A DNA stretch of 64,000 nt from Candidatus Eiseniibacteriota bacterium (lineage in GTDB: Bacteria; Eisenbacteria; RBG-16-71-46; CAVPCR01): NCBI GenBank assembly GCA_963702435.1, contig CAVPCR010000002.1, positions 96,001-160,000 on the forward strand, given 5' to 3'. The translations under genes were made by a program, and so were the position numbers. Numbering within the stretch: position 1 is the stretch's first letter; every line of letters begins with the position of its first letter. Of the stretch, positions 35,620-44,598 are shown in pieces. The notes beneath the pieces were generated by a model, which saw only the letters and a program-made list of their open reading frames with translations, did no database searches and was not told the DNA's origin.

Positions 35620-36831
35620 CTAGCGGACAACCGTGAACCGAGCGCCGTCCAGGTTTTGCCCATGGGCGAGGCGCAGGAAGTAGACACCCGCCGCAAGCTG
35701 CTCGCCGGATTCATTCCGCGCCGCCCACGCGATACGGTGCGAACCGGGTGCCACCCGCCCGTCGACGAGCGTCGCCACGACCCGGCCGTGCACATCCACG
35801 ACGGTCAGCCGCACCTCCTCCTCGCGCAGGAGGCTGTAGGTCAACTGGGCCCCGCTCCGGCACGGATTGGGTGCGATGGCGGTGATCGCGGCACCGCCGG
35901 CGGACGGCGCCGCGGCCTCGGATCCCGGTGCCACACCCGCCACCGGGTCGCCGAACCGCTGCACTCGCCGGTTCATCTCATCGGCCACGTAGACCGAGCC
36001 ATCCGGCCCCAAGGCCAATCCGATCAGGCCGGAGAACTCGCCCGGCCCGGAGCCGAGGGAGCCATACGTGTCGACCGGAACTCCATTCGCGGTGAAGATC
36101 CGAAGCTGGTTATTGCCGTAGTCGGCAACCCACAGCTGACTCCCTGCATCCACCTCGATGTCGGTCCCGTTCAGCGTACCCGCACTGAATGCGCCGAGAA
36201 ATGTCCCATCGGTCATGAACTGCTCCACGACCGGGGCATCCCACTGCACGACATTGATCGTGCCGTTCGCCTCGACGATACCCGCGGTCGTCGACCCACC
36301 GTTGCTGGCCCAGGACAGGAGGGGGACGCCAGCAGGCGTGTACTTGTGGACGGAGGCATCGTTGAATCCCGTCACGTACACATCGCCAGCGGCATCGACG
36401 GCGACGTGGTCGGATCTAGTGCTTGGAATGGGCCATGAGAGGAGGAACGCCCCCCCGCTCGTGAACTTCTGGACGCGGGCGCCCTCGTAGTCACAGATGT
36501 AAGCCTCCCCGCTCGGGTCGAAGGCGATGCCGTAGGGGTTCCGGAACTCGCCATCGCCAATGCCACTCCCGCCGAACGTGAAGAGGAGATGGCCGCCGGT
36601 CGCCGTGTAGACCCGGATGGTATCGTCGTTGCAGGAGACCCAGACCCGACCGAATGGATCCACCTCGACATCCTCAGGACTGGAGTTCACGCTCCACTCC
36701 TCGGCGTAGGGGGGAACCGTGGCCAGAGCGGGCTGGGCGAGGATCATGACGTCTGCCGCCACCAGGCAGACGAGGATTGCAGTCGGAATGCCGGCCGCGC
36801 CGCGAGATAGATCCAGGAAGGTAGGTCTCAT
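35620..36831 (-). CDS. Secreted NHL-repeat beta-propeller protein with FlgD/T9SS-like C-terminal domain
   Basis: GSGIGDGEFRNPYGIA, VYVADEMNRRVQRF; C-terminus IAPNPCR...GVYFLRL. Confidence 0.85.
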   Translation of the reverse strand: MRPTFLDLSRGAAGIPTAILVCLVAADVMILAQPALATVPPYAEEWSVNSSPEDVEVDPFGRVWVSCNDDTIRVYTATGGHLLFTFGGSGIGDGEFRNPYGIAFDPSGEAYICDYEGARVQKFTSGGAFLLSWPIPSTRSDHVAVDAAGDVYVTGFNDASVHKYTPAGVPLLSWASNGGSTTAGIVEANGTINVVQWDAPVVEQFMTDGTFLGAFSAGTLNGTDIEVDAGSQLWVADYGNNQLRIFTANGVPVDTYGSLGSGPGEFSGLIGLALGPDGSVYVADEMNRRVQRFGDPVAGVAPGSEAAAPSAGGAAITAIAPNPCRSGAQLTYSLLREEEVRLTVVDVHGRVVATLVDGRVAPGSHRIAWAARNESGEQLAAGVYFLRLAHGQNLDGARFTVVR

Positions 36832-37125
36832 CGGGACTCCCAGTCGGGTGATAGGTGATACGTTCCCGGGATTCCCGGGCCTGATCCACGCCAAGGAGAA
36901 ACGCACCGCATGGTCCGAGCGGACGGGAGAAATGCGCATGGGAGGAACCCGGAGACAGCGGTCTCCCACCGGGGAGCCTGATCCTGACCCTGGCCGGGGC
37001 TCCCGTCAGCGTGCTAGAATCCCCGCAACTTGCGCGTGCGATGGTAGATGGCACGTCCCGGGTGCCCGGCCGTCGATGGGCCGATGTCCGGCGCCTGCGG
37101 CACTTCCCGGTGTAGGCTGACGCTC

Positions 37126-37761
37126 ATGTCCGCGGATGGCAGCATCGATCTCCCCCCGACTGGCGGCGATCCGGACCGCAAGACCGCCCCCGAGGTCCCG
37201 CGCGTGACAGACACCGGGATCCTGCTCGCCCGCGTCCGTTCGGGCGACACCGGGGCGCGGGAGCAGCTCTTCACCCGCTACCTCCCGATCCTTCGTCGCT
37301 GGGCGCACCACCGCCTGCCTGGCCCCTCGCGCGATCTCCGGGACACCGACGACCTCGTGCAGGACACGCTCCTCCGCGCATTCAGGAGCATGGGCTCCTT
37401 CGAGCATCGGGGAGAAGGAGCCTTCCTCGCCTATCTCCGGCAGATCATGCTGAACGCGATTCGCGACGATCTGCGCCGGGCAGCCGTGCGACCGCGGCCG
37501 ACGACGCTCGAAGACGTGCATGTCACATCGAAGCCGTCGGCCCTCGACGAGGCGATCGGCCAGCAGAGCGTGGAGCGGTTCGAGCGCGCCCTGGAACGCC
37601 TCGGTGCGGAGCCCCGTCAGGCGGTGATCCTCCGCATCGAGTTCGGGTTCAGCCATCAGCAAGTCGCCGATGCGCTCGGCAAGCCGAGCGCCGAGGCGGC
37701 GCGAGCCACGGTGGCCCGCGCCCTCGTCACCCTGTCCAAGGCGATGCATGACGTCCTCTGA
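37126..37761 (+). CDS. ECF-type RNA polymerase sigma-70 factor
   Basis: GDTGAREQLFTRY, DTDDLVQDT, FLAYLRQI..NAIRD, region 4 FSHQQVADALG. Confidence 0.9.
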   Translation: MSADGSIDLPPTGGDPDRKTAPEVPRVTDTGILLARVRSGDTGAREQLFTRYLPILRRWAHHRLPGPSRDLRDTDDLVQDTLLRAFRSMGSFEHRGEGAFLAYLRQIMLNAIRDDLRRAAVRPRPTTLEDVHVTSKPSALDEAIGQQSVERFERALERLGAEPRQAVILRIEFGFSHQQVADALGKPSAEAARATVARALVTLSKAMHDVL

Positions 37762-37774
37762 TGGACTGACGAAC

Positions 37775-37878
37775 AGCATGGCGGCTGGCGAGAAGCATGG
37801 CGGCTGGCGAGAAGCATGGCGGCTGGCGAGCAGCATCGCGGCTGGCGAGCAGCATGACGGCTGGCGAGCGGCATGACG
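37775..37878 (+). repeat. 19-bp tandem repeat AGCATGGCGGCTGGCGAG(A/C), about 5.5 copies
   Basis: Read directly between the sigma stop codon and the kinase ATG. Confidence 0.92.
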
Positions 37879-40800
37879 GGTGACCGGCGACAGCGGGACC
37901 GGACCCCGGACGCGGCGCTGCTCCGACTCGCCCATGAGGTGGCGGACGGGCGCCGCGTGGACTGGACCCGGCACCGCACCACTGATCCCGCGCTGGCAGC
38001 GGCGATTCAGGGGCTCGAGACGATCGCCGCGCTGGCCGCCACCATGCGCCGCGAGCCGGCGGTCGGGCATCCCGCTCCCGACGGCGCGCCGCCTCGATCG
38101 GAGCATGAACTCGAGCCCGGGCAGGTGCTTGGCCGCTTTCGGGTGGAGAGCGAGGCCGGGCGCGGCGGGATGGGGATCGTGTATCGGGCGCGCGACGAGG
38201 TCCTCGATCGAGCCGTGGCCCTCAAGCTCCTCCCGACGCGCGTGGCGCGTTCTCCGGAGCGGCTCGCTCGCTTCACGCGCGAAGCCAAGCTCCTCGCCTC
38301 GTTGAACCACCCGAACCTGGCGACGATCCACGGCATGGAGGAGAACGATGCCGGCCTCTGCTACCTCGTGCTCGAATGGGTGCCCGGCGAGACGCTGGCC
38401 CGCAGGCTCGAGCACGGGCCGCTGCCGCTATCCTCGGCGCTCGACGTTTGCCTCCAGATCGCCGAGGCGCTCCAGGCGGCGCACGAGGGCGGCGTCATCC
38501 ATCGCGACTTGAAGCCAGGCAACGTGATCGTGACGCCACAGGGGCGAGCCAAGGTTCTCGACTTCGGCCTCGCCCGGACCGTGGGCGAGCCGCCCACCGG
38601 CGAGAACACGGGGCCGAGCGATCTCCGCGTCGCCGGCACCTGGGGATACGTGAGCCCGGAGTGCTTCACCGGGGACGATGACCATCGCGCTGATCTCTTT
38701 GCATTCGGCTGCGTCCTCTACGAGTGCCTGGCCGGGATTCCGGCGTTCCCCGGAGCGAGCGCGGACGAGATACTGATCGCGCTCCTCGAGCGCGAGCCCG
38801 ATCCTGCCAGGCTCCCCGCCGGCACGCCGTCCGAAGTCCGGGACCTCATCGCGCAGTGCGTCGTCAAGGACCCGAACCGCAGGCTGGCTTCCATCGCCGG
38901 TGCCGTCCACACCCTGGCGATCGCACTCGGGAGGGACCCGCTCGGCCCTTCGCCCATCGCTCACGCCCCGACTCTCCCCCGGCCAGCGACGAGCTTCATC
39001 GGGCGCGGCCGCGAGATCGAGCAGTGCCGGACGCTCCTCCGAACGAATCGCGTGCTGACGCTCACCGGCGCCGGCGGCAGCGGGAAGACGCGGCTCGCGA
39101 TCGCGTTGGCGAGCGCGGTGGCGGACAACTATGCGGGCGGGATCACGTTCACCGACCTCTCCTCCGTCCAGGATGGCGACCGCGTGGTCGATGCCCTGGC
39201 CAGGAGCCTCGGCGAGCGCGAGGACGCAGCATCCCCGCTCCTCGCCCGGATCTCGGCCCGCCTCAAGGCGGCCGGCACGCTCGTCATTCTCGACAACTGC
39301 GAGCACGTGCTCACGGCTTCCGCCGAACTCGTGACCGCTTTGATCGCCACCTGTCCGCGGCTCACGGTCCTGACCACGAGCCGAGAGCCGCTCAGGGTCC
39401 ACGGCGAACAGGTGCTGACCGTGACCCCGCTCCAGGTCCCGGGAGCCGGGGATCTCGCGGACCCGGCGGCGCTCGCACGTTGCGAAGCGGTGAGCCTGTT
39501 CCTCGATCGGGCCCGCAGCGCGGACCCCGAGTTCTCCCCGGACGAGGCGACGCTCAGATCGGTGGCGGAGATCTGCCGCCGGGTGGAAGGGCTGCCGCTG
39601 GCGATCGAGCTGGCCGCTGCCCGCCGCCGCGTGCTCAGCACGGCGGAGATCGCCGCCCGGCTCGATCGCCAGCTCCTGCTCCTGCGCGATGCGAGTGCGA
39701 TGCCCACCGATCGCCATCAGGCGATGCACCTGACGATCGAGTGGAGCACGCAGCAACTTCGGCCGGAGGAGGCGCGGGTGTTTCGCCTGCTGGCTGTCTT
39801 CACCGGGGGGTGGGACCTCGAGAGCGCCACCCAGGTGTGCGACGAGCGCGGCGACGAGTTCAAGGTCCTCGACCTGATCAGTCGGCTCGTCGACAAGTCG
39901 CTCGTCTGCGTCGAGCGCCGCCAGGGTGAGCCGGCACGCTACCGCTTCCTCGAGCCCCTGCACCAGTTCGCCCTGGAGGCGCTGGCCGCCTCCGGGGAAG
40001 AACCGCTGGCGCGCCGGCGGCACCTCGCCACCTTCCTCGCGCTGGCGGAAAGGGCGGAGCCGGAGCTCTTCCGCTCCGAGCAGTCGCGATGGCTCGCGCG
40101 GCTGGATGCGGAGCACGAGAACGTGCTCGCCGCGCTCGAGGAGTGCGAGCGAGCGCCTGGTGGTGCCGAGGCCGCGCTCCGCATCGTGAGCTCTCTCCAC
40201 CGCTTCTGGAGCCTGCGCGGGCACTTCCGGATCGGAGAGGCAGCGATCGAGCGGGCGCTGGCCCGGGTGGGACCATCAACGCCGGAGGAGCTCCATGCCG
40301 AGGCCCTCCTGGCCCGGGGGCTTCTGGTCTTGGTCCTCGGCCGGCACACGGTGGCCCCGGACGTGCCGGTGGATCCGGACGCGCTGCGCCGGATGTTCGC
40401 CGTGCCCCTCGAGATGTTCCGGCGGCTCGGCGATCGCCGGGGGATCGCGCGGTGCCTGAACTCGATCGGTCTCGAGCACATTGCCCATCGCGATTTCGCT
40501 GCGGGTCGATCCGCCCTCGAAGAAGCCTGCGCGCACTACCGGGCGCTCGGCAATACGAGCGGCCTCGCGGGCGCCATGAACAACATGGGTCTCGCCGCCT
40601 GGAGAGAGCGGGACATCGATACGGCCCGCCGGCTGATCGGCGAGAGCCACGCCTTGCTCAAGGGGAAAGGCGATCTCCACTTCGTGGCGATCATGACGAT
40701 CAACCTCGCCTTCCTCGCCTTGCGGCAGGGGGACCGAGCCGAGGCGCGATCGCTCCTCGTGGATGCCCTGCGGTACGTGCGAGACAGCCGCGTCAAGACC

Positions 40801-41139
40801 GACTCCGCACTTGGAGCGCTGCTCTGCGCGGCGGAGCTTGCTTCGCTGTCCGGCGCCGACCGGTCCCAGGCGGTACGCGCCGACCGGTCCCAGGCAGCGC
40901 GCGCGGCATGGCTCTTCGGCGCCGTCCAGACGGTGCTGGACGACCTCGGCGCCACTCTGGGAGACAGCCATCCTTATGGGCACGAGTATGCCGCCAGCAG
41001 GGAGCGGGCTCGCCGCTCCCTGGGCGACGGCGACTATGCCGCCGCGTTCGAGGAGGGGCGCGCCGCATCCAGCGAGGAGGCGATCGCCCGCGCACTCGCC
41101 GAACTGGAGACTCCTGCCGCCTCGAACCCCATGGGCTGA
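37873..41139 (+). CDS. Ser/Thr kinase - STAND-type ATPase - TPR-like protein
   Basis: GRGGMGIVY, VALK, HRDLKPGN, DFGLA, GYVSPE; Walker A GAGGSGKT, LDNCEH, GLPLAIELAA; helical C-terminus. Confidence 0.92.
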   Translation: MTGDRRQRDRTPDAALLRLAHEVADGRRVDWTRHRTTDPALAAAIQGLETIAALAATMRREPAVGHPAPDGAPPRSEHELEPGQVLGRFRVESEAGRGGMGIVYRARDEVLDRAVALKLLPTRVARSPERLARFTREAKLLASLNHPNLATIHGMEENDAGLCYLVLEWVPGETLARRLEHGPLPLSSALDVCLQIAEALQAAHEGGVIHRDLKPGNVIVTPQGRAKVLDFGLARTVGEPPTGENTGPSDLRVAGTWGYVSPECFTGDDDHRADLFAFGCVLYECLAGIPAFPGASADEILIALLEREPDPARLPAGTPSEVRDLIAQCVVKDPNRRLASIAGAVHTLAIALGRDPLGPSPIAHAPTLPRPATSFIGRGREIEQCRTLLRTNRVLTLTGAGGSGKTRLAIALASAVADNYAGGITFTDLSSVQDGDRVVDALARSLGEREDAASPLLARISARLKAAGTLVILDNCEHVLTASAELVTALIATCPRLTVLTTSREPLRVHGEQVLTVTPLQVPGAGDLADPAALARCEAVSLFLDRARSADPEFSPDEATLRSVAEICRRVEGLPLAIELAAARRRVLSTAEIAARLDRQLLLLRDASAMPTDRHQAMHLTIEWSTQQLRPEEARVFRLLAVFTGGWDLESATQVCDERGDEFKVLDLISRLVDKSLVCVERRQGEPARYRFLEPLHQFALEALAASGEEPLARRRHLATFLALAERAEPELFRSEQSRWLARLDAEHENVLAALEECERAPGGAEAALRIVSSLHRFWSLRGHFRIGEAAIERALARVGPSTPEELHAEALLARGLLVLVLGRHTVAPDVPVDPDALRRMFAVPLEMFRRLGDRRGIARCLNSIGLEHIAHRDFAAGRSALEEACAHYRALGNTSGLAGAMNNMGLAAWRERDIDTARRLIGESHALLKGKGDLHFVAIMTINLAFLALRQGDRAEARSLLVDALRYVRDSRVKTDSALGALLCAAELASLSGADRSQAVRADRSQAARAAWLFGAVQTVLDDLGATLGDSHPYGHEYAASRERARRSLGDGDYAAAFEEGRAASSEEAIARALAELETPAASNPMG

Positions 41140-41201
41140 TCGCTCCATCACCGGCGCCTCTGACTGCCCGATCGACTGACGTCGTGTGCAGGCCCGCCCG
41201 C

Positions 41202-43646
41202 TCAATCGACCGGCGCGAAGCTTCGCACCAGAGCCGGCCCTCCGCTCAGGGTCGCGATCACGGCACCGCCGCGGTCGGTCCGCCATACCTCGGCTCCCGC
41301 CTCCGCCCAGCGCCCGAGCACGTCGGGCGCCGGATGCCCGAACCGGTTCCGCGCGCCGACGCTCACGATCGCGTGCGCGGGGTCGGTCGCCGCGATGAGC
41401 TCGGGGGTGCTCGAGGTCGAGCTACCATGGTGCGCGACCTTGACGAGGTCCACTGCAAGTTGCTGCCGGCTGCCGCAGAGAACGGATTCCCCCGGCGTCT
41501 CGATGTCCCCGGAGAAGAGCGCCCGCCTGCCTGCCGCCTCGAGAAGGACGACCAGCGAACCGTCGTTCTCATCGCCGCCGTAGTCGCGCGGCGGATGGAC
41601 CGCGACAAAGAGGAGCCCTGGGCGCCGGACGAGCGTGTCGCCGGCGGCGACCGGCCGGAGGTGCGGGCCGTTGCGACGCGCCGTGAGCGCAGCGAGCGCC
41701 GGCGGCGCGTGGTAGGGCGCGGGCCAGAAGATCTCCCGGATCGGCATCGCGCGGGCGAGGCCGGGGAGCCCTCCCACGTGATCGCGATCCCCGTGCGTCG
41801 CGATGAACGCGTCCACGCCACGCGCCCCCACCGCGGCGAGCGCCGGAGCGACGATGCCCGCGCCCGCGTCGAAGCCACCGGCCGGATAGTCGCCCGCGTC
41901 GACGACGATCACCGCGCTCGGCCGCCGCTTGAATCCGAGGCGGCCCGCCGGGCCCGGCGGACCATGCGCGATGATGAGCGCTGCATCGCCCTGGCCCACA
42001 TCGAGGAAGATGAGATCGACGCGCTCGGGTGGCCCGGGCGCGGCCGGTAGGCCGGCGATGATGACGACCGTCATCCCGAACGCGAGGACCGCGCCCGCGA
42101 TGCGGAGAGCGCGGCGCGTGGTGAGCGACGCGAGAAGGAGCGCAAGCACGAAGACCGCGATCGCGACCGGCCCCGGCGCCGGCATCGGCCAGGGCGCGCT
42201 CAGATGCCGCGCTCCGAGGCGGCTCATGGCGAGGAGCGCCTCGCCGAGGACCGCGCTCCCCGCGAGGCATCCGTCCCCGAACGGGCCGGGCACTCCGAGA
42301 AGCGCGAGCCCGAGGAGAAGCGCTGACACGAACACCCCGGAGAGCGGCACCGCGATCGGCCCGGTCACGACCCCCCACACGCTCACCGCATGGAAGGTCG
42401 TCGCGAGGATCGGCAGGCAACCGAGCTGTGCGGTGACCCCGGCCCACAAGGGGAGCCCGATCGTGCGCGCGAACCAGCCGCGGCCCGCGAGCCACGCCAG
42501 CGGATGCGCCCAGTCGAGCCGCGGGCCGAGGAGCGCCATGCCGGCGATCGCGGCGAAGGAGAGCTGGAACCCAGGGTCGCCGAGCCAGCGCGGTGCGGCG
42601 GCGAGGCCGAGGAGGGCCGCGAGCGCGAGCGAGCGCGCGGTCGCGAGCGAACGGCCCGCCGCGCGGGCGGCGAGCGCCGCGAGCCCCATCATCGCCGCGC
42701 GCACGACCGGCGCCTCGCCTCCGGTCGCGACGGCGTAGGCGACCATGAGGAACGCGAGCGCCGGGCCGCGCCGGCGCACGCGGGCGACGTGGAGGAGTGC
42801 TGCGCCGAGCCCGGCCACGAAGCCGACGTTGAGCCCCGACACGGCGATCAGGTGCGACCACCCGAGCACGCGGAAGGTCCCGTTCGTCTCCGGGTCGAGC
42901 GAGCCTCGCATGCCGAGCGACATGGCCTCGGCGAGCCCGGCGGTCTCCGGCCGGAGCCGCGCGGCGAGGGCCCGGTGGCCGCGCGCCCGCAGCTCGGCGA
43001 TGAGTGCGGCGAGCGCGAGATCCGGACGCGCGGCGGCCGGCGGGCGCCGGGCGAGACGCCGCGCCGCACCGGCTCGCGCCACCTCGATCCGGCCTGCAAT
43101 CCCGAGGCGCGCCGCGCGTGCGCGCGGATCGAAGCCGCCGGGGTTTCGCCTGGGGGGCGGGCGCACGAAGCGGCCGCGCACGAGCCACCACTCCCCCGGC
43201 TCTGGCGCTGCGGGCCCGGGGCAGCGGACGAGCGCGTGCCCTCCGGTCGCCACGATGCGCTCTGCCGCGCCAGGAGCAGCGAGCCGGCCGGCGAGCGCCA
43301 GTACGACCTCGGTGCCCTCCGGCGTCGGTGCCGGGATGCCGGTGACCCGACCGACCCAGAGCGCGTCCTCGGCCGAATCGGCGAGCGCATGGACCAGCGC
43401 GTCCGGCAGGACGGGCGGTCGCGCGCGCCACTCAAACCCCGCGGCGGCGAGCAGCGCGACGATGTGGAGAAGAAGTCGCAGCGCGACCCATCCGCCGCGC
43501 CGCGAGCGCGCGAGGAAGAGCGCGAGCGCGACCGCGCCGGCTGTCGCCGCGAGAAGCTCGGGCCCGCTCCGCCGCGCGACGAACGCCGCGAGGAGCAGTG
43601 CGCCGGCGAGACTCACCAGCACCCGATAGAGCGCGAACCGGACCAT
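41202..43646 (-). CDS. comEC: DNA uptake channel ComEC/Rec2
   Basis: RNPGGFD, HLIAVSGLNV, GFQLSF, DVGQGDA, THGDRDH, KVAHHGS, RNRFGHP. Confidence 0.93.
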   Translation of the reverse strand: MVRFALYRVLVSLAGALLLAAFVARRSGPELLAATAGAVALALFLARSRRGGWVALRLLLHIVALLAAAGFEWRARPPVLPDALVHALADSAEDALWVGRVTGIPAPTPEGTEVVLALAGRLAAPGAAERIVATGGHALVRCPGPAAPEPGEWWLVRGRFVRPPPRRNPGGFDPRARAARLGIAGRIEVARAGAARRLARRPPAAARPDLALAALIAELRARGHRALAARLRPETAGLAEAMSLGMRGSLDPETNGTFRVLGWSHLIAVSGLNVGFVAGLGAALLHVARVRRRGPALAFLMVAYAVATGGEAPVVRAAMMGLAALAARAAGRSLATARSLALAALLGLAAAPRWLGDPGFQLSFAAIAGMALLGPRLDWAHPLAWLAGRGWFARTIGLPLWAGVTAQLGCLPILATTFHAVSVWGVVTGPIAVPLSGVFVSALLLGLALLGVPGPFGDGCLAGSAVLGEALLAMSRLGARHLSAPWPMPAPGPVAIAVFVLALLLASLTTRRALRIAGAVLAFGMTVVIIAGLPAAPGPPERVDLIFLDVGQGDAALIIAHGPPGPAGRLGFKRRPSAVIVVDAGDYPAGGFDAGAGIVAPALAAVGARGVDAFIATHGDRDHVGGLPGLARAMPIREIFWPAPYHAPPALAALTARRNGPHLRPVAAGDTLVRRPGLLFVAVHPPRDYGGDENDGSLVVLLEAAGRRALFSGDIETPGESVLCGSRQQLAVDLVKVAHHGSSTSSTPELIAATDPAHAIVSVGARNRFGHPAPDVLGRWAEAGAEVWRTDRGGAVIATLSGGPALVRSFAPVD

Positions 43647-43923
43647 GCCGGCGGGTGGAGCAAGATGAGGACCATCGCTGATTGCGCTCGCCGGGCGCTC
43701 ACGCGCGCGCCGTTCAATGCAGGTGTCAACGGCGATGGCGATGTCGTGAACATCGTGGCATGCGGCGAGCGGGTTCCTGATATGTCCTGCTTTCTACTCC
43801 CCTGTCCGCACACCGGCCTTGCTCCCTGGTGACGGAAACACGCGCTTGACGGACGGTTTCATGAACGTGCACCATTGACTGAGTCTTCTTGTATCGCCTG
43901 GCAGTGGGCTTTGGAGCTGAGAC

Positions 43924-44163
43924 ATGAAGTGGCAGGAGTACATTACGGTGGATCCCCAAGTTTGCCATGGCAAGGCATGCTTCAAAGGCACCCGGGTTCT
44001 GGTATCGGTGGTGCTTGATGATCTCGCCGCCGGGCAGGCCATCGACGAGATCCTACCCAGCTATCCCGCTCTCAGCCGCGAGGCTGTCCAGGCAGCCATC
44101 GCCTACGCGGCAGCTCTGGCCAGTGAGCGCGTCTTTTCGCTGCCGAGCGATGACGCTGCATGA
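43924..44163 (+). CDS. DUF433 antitoxin-like protein
   Basis: ITVDPQVCHGKACFKGTRV...EIL.SYP.L...AAIAYA. Confidence 0.9.
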   Translation: MKWQEYITVDPQVCHGKACFKGTRVLVSVVLDDLAAGQAIDEILPSYPALSREAVQAAIAYAAALASERVFSLPSDDAA

Positions 44164-44513
44164 AATTCAAAACAGATGAGAATCTCCCGACCGATTTCGC
44201 CCAGCTTCTGATCGAGCACGGGCACGATGCACTGAGCGTCGCCGACCAGGGCCTCGGGGGCATCTCTGACTCGCAACTGATCGCCGTCTGCAAGAGCGAG
44301 GGACGTATACTCATCACTCTTGACCTTGGCTTTGCCGACATCCGGTCCTATCCGCCCCCCGAGTCTCCCGGCCTGATTGTTCTGCGGCTGCCAGTCTCCG
44401 ACAAGCGCACCGTTCTTCGTGCGGGGCGTCGTCTCCTCACGTTTCTGGAGATCGAGCCCCCCGCTCGTCGTCTTTGGATCGTCGATCAGCGACGCATCCG
44501 AGTTCGCGAGTGA
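44160..44513 (+). CDS. DUF5615 PIN-like (VapC45-type) toxin
   Basis: MKFKTDENLP, GHDA.SV, SD..LI..C..EGRILITLDLGF; ATGA overlap with the DUF433 gene. Confidence 0.88.
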   Translation: MKFKTDENLPTDFAQLLIEHGHDALSVADQGLGGISDSQLIAVCKSEGRILITLDLGFADIRSYPPPESPGLIVLRLPVSDKRTVLRAGRRLLTFLEIEPPARRLWIVDQRRIRVRE

Positions 44514-44598
44514 GAGAGCCATCACGGCGCTTGCCGTGGTGGACCGCGCTGCAGGCCCGGTGGCCATCCCGGGCGCGGGCGGTGTACGATCCAGCCAC

